Below, in pieces: positions 11,084 through 23,190 of a stretch of DNA of 60,000 nucleotides. The stretch comes from Malacoraja senta (taxonomy: Eukaryota), in contig CM075996.1 of the NCBI GenBank assembly GCA_038087875.1, positions 622,001 to 682,000 on the forward strand, in the 5' to 3' direction. A program made the position numbers and the translations under genes. The notes under the pieces are model-generated. The model did no database searches and was not told the DNA's origin. It saw only the letters and a list, made by a program, of their open reading frames with translations. Each line of letters starts with the position of its first letter. Position 1 is the stretch's first letter.

Positions 11084-12031
11084 TTATGATCCCTGTTTTT
11101 GATAGTAATGCTAGCATAAACGTTGATGAGAATGTGGGGGGAAATGATGAGACTGTGAGAAGAATAATAAAAAAGGGTGGTTGTTTGCCTGCATGGAGTC
11201 AATGGGCAGAATGGCCTGTTTCAACATTGTGTTTCTCCATGACTCTAATACTGACAAAACTGATGCGAAATCTCGTTCCACAACAAGGTGGATGGCGAGC
11301 TCTGGTGTGAAGTGGTTAACACGGTAATATTAATACGTGCCACAGGAGAGCAGGATGAGTATTGACTTAGAGGAAGGATTAAGGGATGGAGACAGGTGGG
11401 GATGATTGAAGTAGGCTTGGAACATGACGCCTGCTGAGGGGCAGAGATCAATGCAGGGAAAGTGCTCAGTGGGAATCAGTAATGCACGATAGGTGGATAA
11501 TCTGGTATTTTGTTGGAGAGAATACTAGCAAGAGCCTTGCTTAAAAGGCAGCATGGAGGCTACGGCAGAGAACCTAATACTACATACACGTAGAAGAATG
11601 AGTCATCGTTGTTTAAGTCAACTTTGGTCATCTTCAGTATCAGGCCACAGTGCATCCCCATAGACTCCGGTAAACGTCAGCTGCGGGCGGCTCAGGTAAA
11701 TGACTCTCATTCTTGCGAATGACAACGGGGAGTTCAAGTTGCATTCAATAGAATTTTGCTGAAGGACTATTGTTTCTATTGATTACATGTTAAGCTGGGG
11801 AGGGAAAGGGGTGGGGGAGGTGGGGGGAGTGCTGGTCTATCAAATAGATGGCACGCTGAAACCGGAAGGACGTAAGGGATGTGTAGTAAGGAACTGCAGA
11901 TGCTGCTTTACACCGAAGATGGACACAGAGTGCTGGAGTAACTCAGCGGGTCAGGCAGCATCTCTGGAGAAAAAGGATGGGTGATGTTTCGGGTTGGGAC
12001 CCTTCTTCAGACAAAAGGAATGTCATCCTAA

Positions 12032-12393
12032 TGCCCCTGTTCCACTTCGGAAACCTGAACGGAAACCTCTGGAGACTTTGTGCCCCACCCAAGGTTTCCG
12101 TGCGGTTCCCGGAGGTTCCCGGAGGTTTTTGTCAGTCTCCCTAATGTTCGAAAGTGGTTTCCGCTTCTTCTATGTTCCGGCGATTATTTCAAAAAATTCA
12201 AAACCGGCCGCGACTAAAAATAGGTTGCCGTTTTAAAAATCGATTTTTTAGTCAAAGCGATGCTAGTTGAAGGTGGTTGCCGGAGGTTGCAGGTAGTGGA
12301 AGGTAAAAACCTCCAGGAACCGCACGGAAACCTTGGGTCGGGTGCAAAATCTCCAGAGGTTTCCGTTCAGGTTTCCTAAGTGGGACAGGGGCA
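12032..12393. mobile_element. Harbinger-type MITE
   Basis: TGCCCCTGTTCCACTT...AAGTGGGACAGGGGCA with long imperfect inverted arms; flanks TAA/TTA. Confidence 0.8.
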
Positions 12394-12454
12394 TTAGAGT
12401 CCGGAGCAGATATTCCCGCCTCAACCAACGCAACACGAAAAGGTTATTCAGCAG

Positions 12455-12720
12455 TGGGTGGCACAGTGGTAGAGTTACTGCCTTACAGTGCCAGAGACTG
12501 ATTAAGGGTGCTGTCTATATGCAGTTTGTTCGTTCTCCCTGTGACCGTGTGGGTTTTCTCCAGGTGCTCTAGTTTCTCCCTACATTCCAAAGTCACAAAC
12601 TCCACGCAGAGAGGACCTGTAGTCAGGATCGAACCCTAGTCCCTGGCGTTGTAAGGCAGCAACTCTACCACCCTGGTTCGCTGGCACTGTGAGGTCAGCT
12701 GCATCATTGTGCTACCCTTG
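12455..12720. mobile_element. Two V-SINE 5' halves in inverted arrangement
   Basis: Plus-strand SINE head 12455-12595 followed by minus-strand head 12596-12720. Confidence 0.65.
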
Positions 12721-13432
12721 AGCTCATGTCACCAGGCAGTGCTGCTGTATAAACAGCCTCTCCTTACTCATTCAACGTCCTGGGTCTCACTTGAGGAGGT
12801 GGGCTACTTAAACCAACAACACTTGCCTTAATCAAAGTGTAACCTGGCCCACCACCCATGCCCACTCTTCCTCCATCCACCTGGGTACCAGCAGTCTCTT
12901 CACCATGGGTGGAAGGAAGGGAGAGAAGGAAACCAAGTATAATTCTGAGCACCACATCTCAAGAAAGAGAGGCTGCAGATCAGAGACACTAGAATATACA
13001 CGGGACCCGAGGCAAACCTCTGTTATATTGCCTATGAATTGGAAGATTGAGGGTGATGTGTGATGGGGATGTTGGAAATATATTGTTGGGTAGAAACTTG
13101 CGAGGTATAGGGGTTAATACAGCGAGAAATTATTTCTTACATTTGGGGAAGTGGATAAAGTGGACACAATCCAAAATCTACAGCTAGACCGGACAGCGGG
13201 ATTATCGGGGCACTCTGAGGAACAGCTTTGGATGAGGTGCTGGGGAGTCAGTGGTCATTTCAAGTCTCAGATCATACCTTTGTTATTAGTTGGCAACGAC
13301 ACAGACCTAGGACAGGCAAGAGGCTGGCTTTAAAGTTTGGGCTGACACTTCAATGTTGTGGGAGAGCCACACCCTTGGAAGGAGTACCGTTAGAGCACGT
13401 ATTCACACCCCAACCAATGCCACAAGAATAGG

Positions 13433-13598
13433 TTTAAGAAGGAACTGCAGATGCTGGAAAATCGAAGGTAGACAAAAGTGCTGGAGAAACTCAGCGGGTG
13501 CAGCAGCATCTATGGAGAGAAGGAAATAGGCAACGTTGCCTATTTCCTTCGCTCCATAGATGCTTCTGCACCCGCTGAGTTTCTCCAGCACTTTGGTC
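13433..13598. mobile_element. Hairpin-shaped PLE end insertion
   Basis: Inverted arms around GGCAACGTTGCC; flanking duplication CCACAAGAATAGGTT. Confidence 0.8.
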
Positions 13599-13626
13599 CA
13601 CAAGAATAGGTTAATCAGCCATTAAA

Positions 13627-13772
13627 GTGGGGTGGGAGATTGCAACCTTCACGTGGTTCGCCCTGTTTCGACGAATGCAATCAACCCAGCGTGCACAATC
13701 AAATAAGATCAAATAGAACAAGTCGTCCTACAACTTTAGGCTGTGCACGCCGTACGCAAGAAGAAGAAGAAG
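13627..13772 (+). mobile_element. Short retroposon 3' end with (AAG)n tail, RTE-like
   Basis: Ends CAAGAAGAAGAAGAAG; flanks GCCATTAA/GCAATTAA. Confidence 0.45.
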
Positions 13773-14082
13773 CAATTAATGTGAGACAATAAACCAAGGC
13801 CCTAAATATCCCCTCACATGGATGGAAGCAAAACCCATCACCTGCTGTCACTTTGAAGTGCAAGGTCCACATTCAATCCTCAACCAGTAGAGTATAATTT
13901 ACTCTATATTTATTGTTGAGTATCTACATTTAATGTGCCCGTGAAGCTGCAGCAAGTAGGAATTTCAATGAAGATAGACACAAAATGCTGGAGTAACACA
14001 GTGGGTCAGGCAGCATCTCTGGAGAAAAAGAATAGGTGATGTTTCGGGTTGAGACCCTTCTTCAGACCAACCCGACACCTAT

Positions 14083-14354
14083 TAATTTTCACTTAATCTC
14101 TTTTCTCTAATTTCTTTTCTACAGGGTCTTTATTCTTTTCTTTTGACACGCTTTTACACTAACACTATTTTCTTTCACTTTCTCTTTCTTCTTAATCTCA
14201 ACCTTTTCTTTTTATTAGCTTTAAAAAATGAAGGAGTACATTAATTGTAATAAGATATACGTGATGTGTACTAATGTAATTGTTTGTAATTTAATGTACT
14301 TCTAATAAATAAAATTTAAAAAAAAATAATAATAAAATTTAAAAAAAAAAAAAA
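14083..14354 (+). mobile_element. AT-rich L1-like 3' UTR with AATAAA and poly(A), inserted in a PLE hairpin (13969-14450)
   Basis: T-rich UTR, AATAAA, A-tail; PLE motif resumes on both sides. Confidence 0.55.
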
Positions 14355-14532
14355 CCATTCTCCAGAGATGATGCCTGGCCCGCTGAGTTACTCCAGCATT
14401 TTATGTCTATCTTCGGTGTAAACCAGCATCTGCAGTTTCTTCCTACACACTAAGAATTTCAATGTTTGGGTCCGGGTACATATGACAATCTTGACTCTGA
14501 AAACAGATTATCTGATCAGCATTGTGTAGGAA

Positions 14533-14576
14533 GGAAGGGTCTGATGAAGGGTCTCGACCTGAAACGTCACCTTTTC
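14533..14576 (+). ncRNA. Minimal type I hammerhead ribozyme-like motif (PLE-associated)
   Basis: GGAAGGGT-CTGATGA-A-GGGT(CTCG)ACCT-GAAACGTC-ACCTTTTC: core CUGAUGA/GAAA, stem II, palindromic ACGU helix III, GUC site, 8-bp stem I including G-U pairs. Confidence 0.6.
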
Positions 14577-14814
14577 CATTTCTTCAGAGATGCTGTCTGA
14601 TCCGATCAGCATTATTTTGTTGCCGGTGAATCTTGTAGTGCATGAATGGCTGCCGTATTTCGTACATTAAACACTGACTCCAATTGTGGAGAGTTTCATC
14701 AGGTGCAGAGTTCTTTGGGACATCTTGGGTTTGGCAAAAGCCCAATTAAATGCCTGTCTTCCTTTCATTCAGCGGTCGGGCAGATATATGTGGCAGTGCA
14801 GGGATCTAGGCAGT

Positions 14815-15240
14815 GAAAGTTCACCAGACTGATGGCAGGACGATCATATGAGGAGGTATTAGGCTGACTAGGTCTATGTTCATTGGTGTTTAGAAGAATA
14901 AGAAAAGATCTCAATGTTATGTACAAAATTCTGACAGACTGAATACAAGGAGGACATGTGTCCTTTGCCTCGAGCTGTCTCGAATGAAGTGGTATAGTTT
15001 CAGGATATGGGATAAAACATACAGGACGAAGATGAGAAAATATTTCTGCACTCGGAGGGTGACGAACTGGTTGAATTCTCTACCAGACGGTGGCAGAGAG
15101 CATGTCACTCAATTTATTTAAGAAGGACAGATTTCTGGACGCAAATGCAATCAAGGTATTGGGACGAGAGTCGTAATATGACACTAAGATGGAGGAGCAT
15201 CCATTATCATACTGAATGGCAGGACAGAGTTGAAGGACCA
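14815..15240 (+). mobile_element. Old CR1 3' fragment
   Basis: Degenerate match to the CR1 copies above. Confidence 0.65.
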
Positions 15241-15249
15241 ATTTTTTTT

Positions 15250-15722
15250 TTTAGAGATACTCCATGGAAACAGGCTCTTCGGTCCATCGAGCCCATGCCA
15301 ATCAATAATCACCCATACACTAGTTCCAACCTACACACGGGATGCAAGCAGAAGCCTCCACGTGGCGCATCCCGGGCAATGCTGATGACAGAAGCTGTAC
15401 CACAGTGACTGACTGAAGTAGCCAATTCTGCAACCACCGACCGTCAACCGTCACTGACCGACCGGAAAGATGAGATATAGAAGATGGCCAGACACGAGGA
15501 AGAAGAAGACCTACACACACTAGGGACAATTCACAGAAGCCAATTAACCTACAAACTTGCACGTCTTTGGAATGTGGGAGGAAACTGGAGCACCCGCCGG
15601 AATCCGGAGCACCCGGAGAAAACCCACAGGGAGAATGTACAAACTCCAATCAGACAACACCCGTAGTCAGGATTGAAGCCGGGTCTCTGGCGCTTGAGGC
15701 AGCAACTCTACCACTGCGCCGA
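15250..15722 (-). mobile_element. V-SINE with a 171-bp (GAA)n-tailed insertion at 15339-15509
   Basis: TSD CCTACACAC at 15330-15338 and 15510-15518. Confidence 0.8.
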
Positions 15723-16333
15723 CCAAACGGTGCACTCCTGCTCCTATTTTCTACGTTAACTCTAACCCAGCTCCAGTCAGGACAAAGCAACGTTGTAAAT
15801 TCTGCGAAGTACCTGTTAGTGAGGGCTGTACTCTATATGCTGACACATAAAAAAACCCAGAGGTCGATATCTTTGAATAAATGCGACAAATGTCTTCTTC
15901 TCGCTAGAGCTTCTGGAATCAGCACCTTTAAATTGAAGTGATGTGAGGGATGGGTCAGAGGGCTTGCAATGAATAACAGTTAGGATAGGTTTGACACACA
16001 AACAATTTTTGCAAAATCTAACTGGGTAAATAAAACCAACACTTCAGCACAATTTTCCCAGCAAAACATCTTTCTGTTCTCGGATAATGTGGGTTTTCAT
16101 TTTAATGACAGATTCTTTAACAAGAATAAATTAGTTGTTGTTTTTCACTTCTTTTCGGAAGATAAATCATATCTTTCTAGACACTACCACTTGTGCTAAG
16201 ATCCCATCACAGCTCAGTGACCATTTTGATGGGTAGGTAGACACAAAATACTGGAGTACACTCAGTGGGTCAGGCAGCATCTCTGGAGAAAAGGAACTGG
16301 TAATGTTTGGGATCGAAACCCTTCTTCAGAACA

Positions 16334-16747
16334 GTTGCCCTTTCTGACGGGGCCTTACTTACCGTCCGGAGGGGGATCCCTCGCCGGGGATCCCTGGAGA
16401 AGAGCTCCGACCGCCGGCCTGCGGCCTACATCATCTTGAAGCCGCGGTCTCCGGTAGGGAAGCACCGATTCGGGACTTACCTTCCAGACGAGAGGGCCTG
16501 TACATCTGGCCGCCCGCAGCGGCGACTGCGGAGGTTTATGGCCCCGACCACAGGGGAACAATGGAGGAGGACTGACTGTACTTTGTGCCTTCCACCACAG
16601 TGAAGAATGCTGTGGTGGATGTTTGTGTTAAATTTTTATTGTGTATTGTGTGTTCGTTTTGATTGTACCGCTGCTGGCAAGTTCATTTCACTGCACTTTA
16701 TTGTGTATGTGATGAATAAATCTGATTGATTGATTGATTGATTGATT
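16334..16747 (+). mobile_element. GC-rich non-coding retroposon with Rex1-like 3' tail and (TGAT)n
   Basis: TTTCACTGCAC..GTGTATGTGATGAATAAA then (TGAT)n; no RT ORF. Confidence 0.55.
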
Positions 16748-16937
16748 TAAAACAAGGAACTATAGTTGCTGGTTTACAAAAAAACCAACAAAGTGCTGGA
16801 GTAGAGGATCTGAAGTAGAGTCCTGATTCGAAACATCCCTCCAGTTTCTGCCTGACCCACTGAGAAGAGGTAGGGAGGGCACTTCAGACCTTTGTGCCCA
16901 ATTAGGTTGAGTTACCTATGGATTAGCTGTGAATGAC

Positions 16938-17240
16938 ATGATGGTGCAGCTGGTGGAGCTGCTGCCTCACAGCTGCGGTGACGTGGGTTCAACGCTGACC
17001 TCGGGTGCTGTCTGCGGGGAGTTTGCACGGATTTTACCGTGGCTGCGCAGTTTCTGCCCGGGGGATTCGGTCTCCTCCCACATCCCAACGATGGTGGATC
17101 GGCGACTGTAAATTGGCCTTGGACGTGCGAGCAAGTGAGAGCTGGAAATTTGGAGAAGTTGGTGGAAATGTTGGGGACTAAAAGGTAGGATAGGGGGTGC
17201 GATGGTCGGTGTGGACTTGGTAGATCAAATGACCGTATAC
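16938..17240 (+). mobile_element. V-SINE (older subfamily)
   Basis: GGTGCAGCTGGTGGAGCTGCTGCCTCACAG head, V-domain. Confidence 0.75.
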
Positions 17241-18221
17241 TAGGATTATCAAGGGGCTGAAGCTGTGGGGTGTGCAGTGCTGTGGGAGATAAGAACATGG
17301 AGAGATTTGAAAATAAGGAAGGACTTTGGAATGGTGGCACTGCTAAACTGGAGCTGGGGTAGTGATGAGCACAGTTACACTGGGTGAATTGGGATCTGCG
17401 TGAGTTAGCGGATAGGCAGTAGAACATTGGACAAATTAAAGTTTCAGCAGTGTTTCTGATTAGGCAAGCCAAGAGGTAATGAAGGCACAAATGCAAAGGA
17501 AGACGTATAGAAAGTTAGTCCTCTCAGGATTATGAAAGTGATCCATGGCCAATCACCATAGACAAGCAAGGGATTATTCTCTTGGACCAAATAGACCCAA
17601 TGCCTATTTCCATACTGAATATTTCAAGACGGGCAATGAACTACATGGAACAAGGCCTTTCTCCAGCTGCTATTGCAATGATCATTACGTGGAAAAGTAG
17701 ACCCAAAAAGCTTGAGTAACTCAGCGGGTCAGGCAGCATCTCTGGAAAAAAAGGAATGGGTGACGTTTCAGGGCGAGACCCTTCTTCAGACTGAGAGTCA
17801 GGGAATGGGAAACAAGAGATATAGACGGTAATATAGAGAGATATAGAACAAATGAATGAAAGATATGCAAAACAGTAACGATGATCAAGGAAAGGTGGAG
17901 CTCACAATGGTCCATTGTTGGCTGCGGATCCAGTAAATCATTCCAGAGGCTTGACATGAACTCATACTTCTTTCTCGGATTCCACGTTCAAATGGGTGGC
18001 AGTGATGGTGAAGTGATTATGTTACTGCTTCAGTTAACCAGAACTATTAATAAAAAAATATACAAAGAGAAGTTGCGAATATGGGCCATTGAGCCTCCTC
18101 TGTCATCAACAAATAGGACCATGGCTGCTTAGATCTTGGCTTCAGCTATTTTCCCATAACCCTGGACTCACCTGACAGATCAAATCCTCTCTGTGTCACC
18201 GTTGAATAGAATAATGGCTCA

Positions 18222-18629
18222 AGGGCCTGTCCCACTTGGACGACCTAATCCATGAGCTTAGAAAACCTTTAGACGAGTTGAAAAAATGTCAAAGTCGTGT
18301 TGACTTGCCGAAGTAAAAGACCTCCTAAGGCTATGTCTACGACCTCCTACGACTATGTCTACGACCTACTACGACCTACCTACGAGTAAAAAGTGCGATT
18401 TTTTTCCATGCCAACTTTTTTTTACTCGTGGACATTTTTTATCAGGTTGGAAAAAACGCCGCGACCTATCTGAGGCCATGAATATGCGGAGACCACTCAC
18501 GAGCATGAGAAAGAATTACGAAGACCTCCTACGACCTCCTATGACCTCATGGCTACTATGCTGCGAGTATGAGTCAAGGGCAAACTCGGCAGAGGTCGCC
18601 AATTAGGTCGTACAAGTGGGACAGGGGCT
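18222..18629. mobile_element. Harbinger-type MITE
   Basis: AGGGCCTGTCCCACTTG...CAAGTGGGACAGGGGCT; TSD TCA/TCA. Confidence 0.85.
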
Positions 18630-19235
18630 TCAGTCTCTTCAGCTCCCTGGGGTAGAGAATTCCAAAGACTCACAATGCTGTGGGAGAGAAAAAATAAATT
18701 CCCCCTCACATCCCGTTGTAGAATGGAAGACCCCTCATTGCAAACTCTCCCCGGATAACGAGGGTGAGCATCCACTCAGCATCTAACAATCCAGACAGAT
18801 ATGACTTTGAATGCTGCAGTCTGAGACTTTGAAAACTGGGCTCATTAAATGTGACTTAGATTCTGCCAAATTGTCATAAAAAAATATTTGGTTTAGGAAG
18901 AGAAAGATGATCCGGTCTGAGCTGATGTGTGATTGCATTGCCGATCAATGTAACTATTGACTACCTGCTGCAGATTATAAACCAGTTGTACCGACTGGTA
19001 TTGGAGTTATTGTCTTAACCTTTGGTGTTCTTTCACATCCAAATAAACCCAGTGAGTGCAAATCAACACCTGGAAAATGTACCCTGAGCCTTAAGTGTAG
19101 GGCAGAGGTGGTGCTGCACATTCTAAGGCACAGCGTTTCAGAAACGATCTAAGCTGCCCATTCAGGTGAACATAAAAGATAAAGTGGGTGCTACCTTGAA
19201 GAACAGGAGAGTTATCCCTGGGGACCTGGTTGTAG

Positions 19236-19520
19236 AGTCATACAGCATGGAAACAGACCCTCGGGCCCAATTTACCCACTGACCAAGATGCCCAATCTAT
19301 ATTAGTTCCACTAGCCTACGTTTGGCCCATATTCTTCTAAACCTTTCCTATCCATGTACTTGTCCAAATATCTTTTAAATGTTGCAACAGCACCTGCCGT
19401 AACTACCTCCTCTGGCAGGTCATTCCATACAGCCACCACCCTTTGTGTGAAAAAGTTGCCCTCAGGTTCCTATTAAATCTTTCCCCTCTCACCTTAAACC
19501 TATGCCCTCTGGTTCTTAAT
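19236..19520 (-). mobile_element. CR1 3' end
   Basis: RTRGHRFKVRGERF in ORF 19403-19768. Confidence 0.8.
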
Positions 19521-19778
19521 TCCGATAATATCGCACAAAAATTTGGCGAGATTTCAGATATGAAGTAGATTTCAGAAATATTTAATTGACCATAACTGCT
19601 TTGGAGACGCCTCATAGGGAGGTGAAGGACAGTATCAAAATGTAAGTCAATCTTTCTGCTCGGAGGCATTAGGAATGAACAATAAATACCAGCCGTGGCA
19701 TTGACTCCACTTCCTGAACCTGTGAAGCACACACCAATTGCCTCATGTTCAAGACACCTCAGGAGCAAGCAAAATTAA

Positions 19779-20005
19779 AGGGCCTGTCCCACTTTCACGA
19801 CCTAATTCACAACCTTTTTTACTCGTGGACATTTTTCATCATGTTGAAAAAACGCCCCGACCTACTTGATGCCACGAATACCTACGACTAGCATCACGAC
19901 CTACTACGACCTACCTACAACCTCGCGACGACCATGCTGCGGGTATGAGTCAAGGGCAAACTCGGCAAAGGTCGTGAATTAGGTCGTGAAAGTGGGACAG
20001 GCCCT
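19779..20005. mobile_element. Harbinger-type MITE
   Basis: AGGGCCTGTCCCACTTTCACGACCTAATTCAC / exact inverse at right end; TSD TAA/TAA. Confidence 0.9.
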
Positions 20006-20009
20006 TAAG

Positions 20010-20300
20010 TCTTGCATTTCTGTACCACCTTTTACTTCTCTATATTTTAGATCGATTCTTTGTGGTCTAAATGTTGGTCACTGCACACTGGGGAGAACTC
20101 CACTGGCTCATCTTTAAAATAGTATTGCAGGATCTTTCACATCCACCTTTCTGCACCTTGGTTAAACATCTTGCCGAAAAGATGGTAGTCCTTAAGGCGC
20201 AGTTCTCCTTTGATACTGCACTGAACGATAGGCCTTATTTTAGTAGTCGGACACGAGTCTCGAGCCCATGACAGCTGGCTCAGGGGAGAGAGAGTGGGCA
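20010..20300 (-). mobile_element. Degenerate Deu-domain SINE
   Basis: GGATCTTTCACATCCACCT..GGTTAAACATCT..CGAAAAGATGG resembles the reverse Deu core. Confidence 0.5.
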
Positions 20301-21106
20301 TAGCTCATGTAAAGGAAAGAGAGCAAGTGACCATGTTCCCTTAAACAACTAAAGCCGAGAAACTATTCAGCTGCATAATCAAAGATACTAATCCCACAGG
20401 GAGAAACAACCCTGGACCACAGCTCAAAGATTCCGATCTATCCCAATTAGAAGCTGTCTCTCAAAAAGCCTGCAGCCTGACAGGGCTGCTGACATAGGGA
20501 GAAAGGTATCATTCATATTCTCTGCAGCACACTCCGTCTCTCACACTCGCTTATGCTCTTTGTTTCAATTAGTGGTCAGAAGACGTCTAGCGGAACAGAA
20601 GGCTGGCCACTGTTGGCTACTCCACTTAACACCCAGATGCACGAACAATGTGCCCCTGTGGACCGATTCTTGGTCTGAGGGTAACCACGGTGAAAGCAAG
20701 AGCTTTGCACCGGTGTAAACAGTCTTTGGTTGAGATCATCTTTACGGAAGGTGGAACGCAAACGCTTCTACCTTCTTAAAAGGAAATTACTGCACCTCCA
20801 ACCCGAAGCTTGTGGGCGTGTAAGGCAGAGCATCTTGCAAGAAGCTTGCAGATACTACAGCCTACAGTCGCCCTGGAGAGACAGTAGCCAGTGAAATTTT
20901 CCCAGAATGTTGGAAGAATTCTCTGTTCTGCTTGTAACCCTTTCATTGCTTGCTTTTCTTTAAGACTGGATGGTTTATTGGTACCCTGATACCACAGAGT
21001 GAGAGCTGCGAAAGTACACATGACGACCTTCCCGGCGTTAGTGTCCGCTGTGGGTCGGAAGAATGTTGGTTTGAGGTCCACGCCAGAGACTGACACTGTG
21101 ACCGAG

Positions 21107-21310
21107 GGTAGACAAAAATGCTGGAGAAACTCAGCGGGTGCAGCAGCTTCTATGGAGCGAAGGAAATTGGCAACGTTTCAGGCCGAAAAAAGGGTTTTGG
21201 CCCGAAACGTTGCCTATTTCCTTCGCTCCATAGATGCTGCTGCACCCGCTGAGTTTCTCCAGCACTTTTGTCTACCTTCGATTTTCCAGCATCTGCAGTT
21301 CCTTCTGAAA
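21107..21310. mobile_element. Hairpin-shaped PLE end insertion
   Basis: Inverted arms; flanking duplication ACACTG(T/C)GACCGAGGGT. Confidence 0.85.
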
Positions 21311-21344
21311 CACTGCGACCGAGGGTGTTGCGGTACTGGGGATA

Positions 21345-21990
21345 GGACAGTACTGAGGGAGTGCTGCACTGTCAGAGGGGCAGCACTGAGGGAGTACCAC
21401 ACTGCCAGAGGGGCAGTACTGAGGGAGTACCACATTGTCAGAGGGGCAGTACTGAGGGAGTACCACACTGACAGAGGGGCAGTACTGAGAGAGTACACAC
21501 TGCCAGAGGGGCAGTACTGAGAGAGTACCACATTGTCAGAGGGGCAGTACTGAGGGAGTGCTGCACTGTCAGAGGGGCAGCACTGAGAGAGAGTGCCGCA
21601 TTGTCAGAGGGGCAGTACTGAGGGAGTGCTGCACTGACAGAGGGGCAGTACTGAGGGAGTGCTGCACTGCCAGAGGGGCAGTACTGAGGGAGTACCACAC
21701 TGACAGAGGGGCAGTACTGAGGGAGTACCACACTGCCAGAGGGGCAGTACTGAGGGAGTACCACACTGCCAGAGGGGCAGTACTGAGGGAGTGCCACACT
21801 GACAGAGGGGCAGTACTGAGGGAGTGCCACACTGACAGAGGGGCAGTACTGAGAGAGAGTACCACACTGACAGAGGGGCAGTACTGAGAGAGTGCCACAC
21901 TGACAGAGGCCAGTACCAACAGGGTGCTCTACTGTTCGAGGGCCAGTGCTGAGAATAAATTGCACTGTTGGAAGGGGACAATACTGAGAG
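21345..21990 (+). repeat. Minisatellite, ~32-bp unit (CAGTACTGAGGGAGTACCACACTGACAGAGGGG-like), roughly 18-20 copies
   Basis: Directly visible; ORFs show the periodic GAVLREYHT motif. Confidence 0.95.
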
Positions 21991-22064
21991 ACTCCAGTAC
22001 CGTGAGAGAAACAGCACAGAGAGAATGCCACCCTGTTAGATGGGAAGAACTTGGGGAGCTGCAC

Positions 22065-22370
22065 AATCAGAGTGCTGAGCCATAGGAGTACTGTCAAAGA
22101 TAGTGCCTTTCAGTTGAATGTTAATCCAGCCTCCATCTGTTCTCTCAGGTTAATGTAAGAATTCCCATGTCATTATTTTGAAAAAGAGGAGGGAACCTAC
22201 GTCCTCGAGCCAACATTTATCCCTCAATCAACATCCTGAAACAGATGGTCTGGTCATTGTTGTTTGTGGGACCTTGCCACATACAATTTGGCTGCCACAT
22301 TCCCGAGATTTCAATAAAAATTCTTTATTGTTGTAAACCACCACAGGAAGCCCCAGGGTATTATATAAAT
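22065..22370 (+). mobile_element. Deu-domain SINE (SacSINE/AmnSINE-like) body
   Basis: TCTCTCAGGT..GTAAGAATTCCCATG..CCAACATTTATCCCTCAATCAACATC..TGTTTGTGGGACCTTGC..TTGGCTGCC. Confidence 0.7.
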
Positions 22371-23190
22371 CCCCACCTCTTTAACCAAGCTTTTGGTTGT
22401 CATTTTCAAAGGCTCTATGTCAAATTTGCTTGACCTGCTCCTGTGGGACGCTTTGAAGAGGTAAAGGTATCATTCACTGTGTTCAAATTACAGTATCTGT
22501 TATACGATGGTCTCAGTAACTCAAAACATGCCGATGCAGTGGTTACTGGGAGGGAGCAGGTGAGTGAATGCGGGAGGGGAAGGAGTGGGGTTTTATGGAG
22601 GACTGCAGTGTAGAGGTGAAGGGAATGCATGTACCTCATCCACAATTGTTCTTGCATTAGAGGGGCTGGGCCTGACAAAACAGAGGTCAACACTGGAATG
22701 AAGAATGGGGAAACTTGGGTGGAACAATGGTCTGGGGTCACATAAATGTGACAAAGATGAAAGGTAGAAAGGAGATCAGAAATTTGCTCCCTTTGGCCTG
22801 CACTCTGCTGTGGTCAGATTTTCCCGAGTTCCTGCAATACCGGGGATTTGACATCAAATTTCAAATACATGGTGTCAGCCCTGCATATATATCTGACCAA
22901 GTGCCTACCCTTCATGTAGTGTGATACATCTCAACAACAACTTGATTTTATGCAGGAAGAAGAAACAGAGTGCTGGAGTAGTTCAGTGGGCCAGGCAGCA
23001 TCTCTGGAGGACATTGATAGGCGATGTTTCAAGTCTAGTTTAGTTTAGTTTGGTTTATTGTCACGTGTACCGAGGTACAGTGGAAAGCTTCTGTCGCGAG
23101 CTTACCAGTCGAGCCGTCCACAGTGTACAGATACATGATGAAGGGAATAGTGTGAATAACGTTTAGAGGAAGCTAAATCCAGTAAAATCC

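Noticed and set aside
11637..11695. AG...GTAAAT bounded candidate exon
   Set aside because: One open frame but no recognisable product or neighbouring exons
20570..21100. Possible coding exons in GC-balanced unique sequence
   Set aside because: Frames tried gave stops or no recognisable protein
21345..21990. CRISPR-like periodic array
   Set aside because: Head-to-tail units with no unique spacers, no cas genes, vertebrate context: a minisatellite
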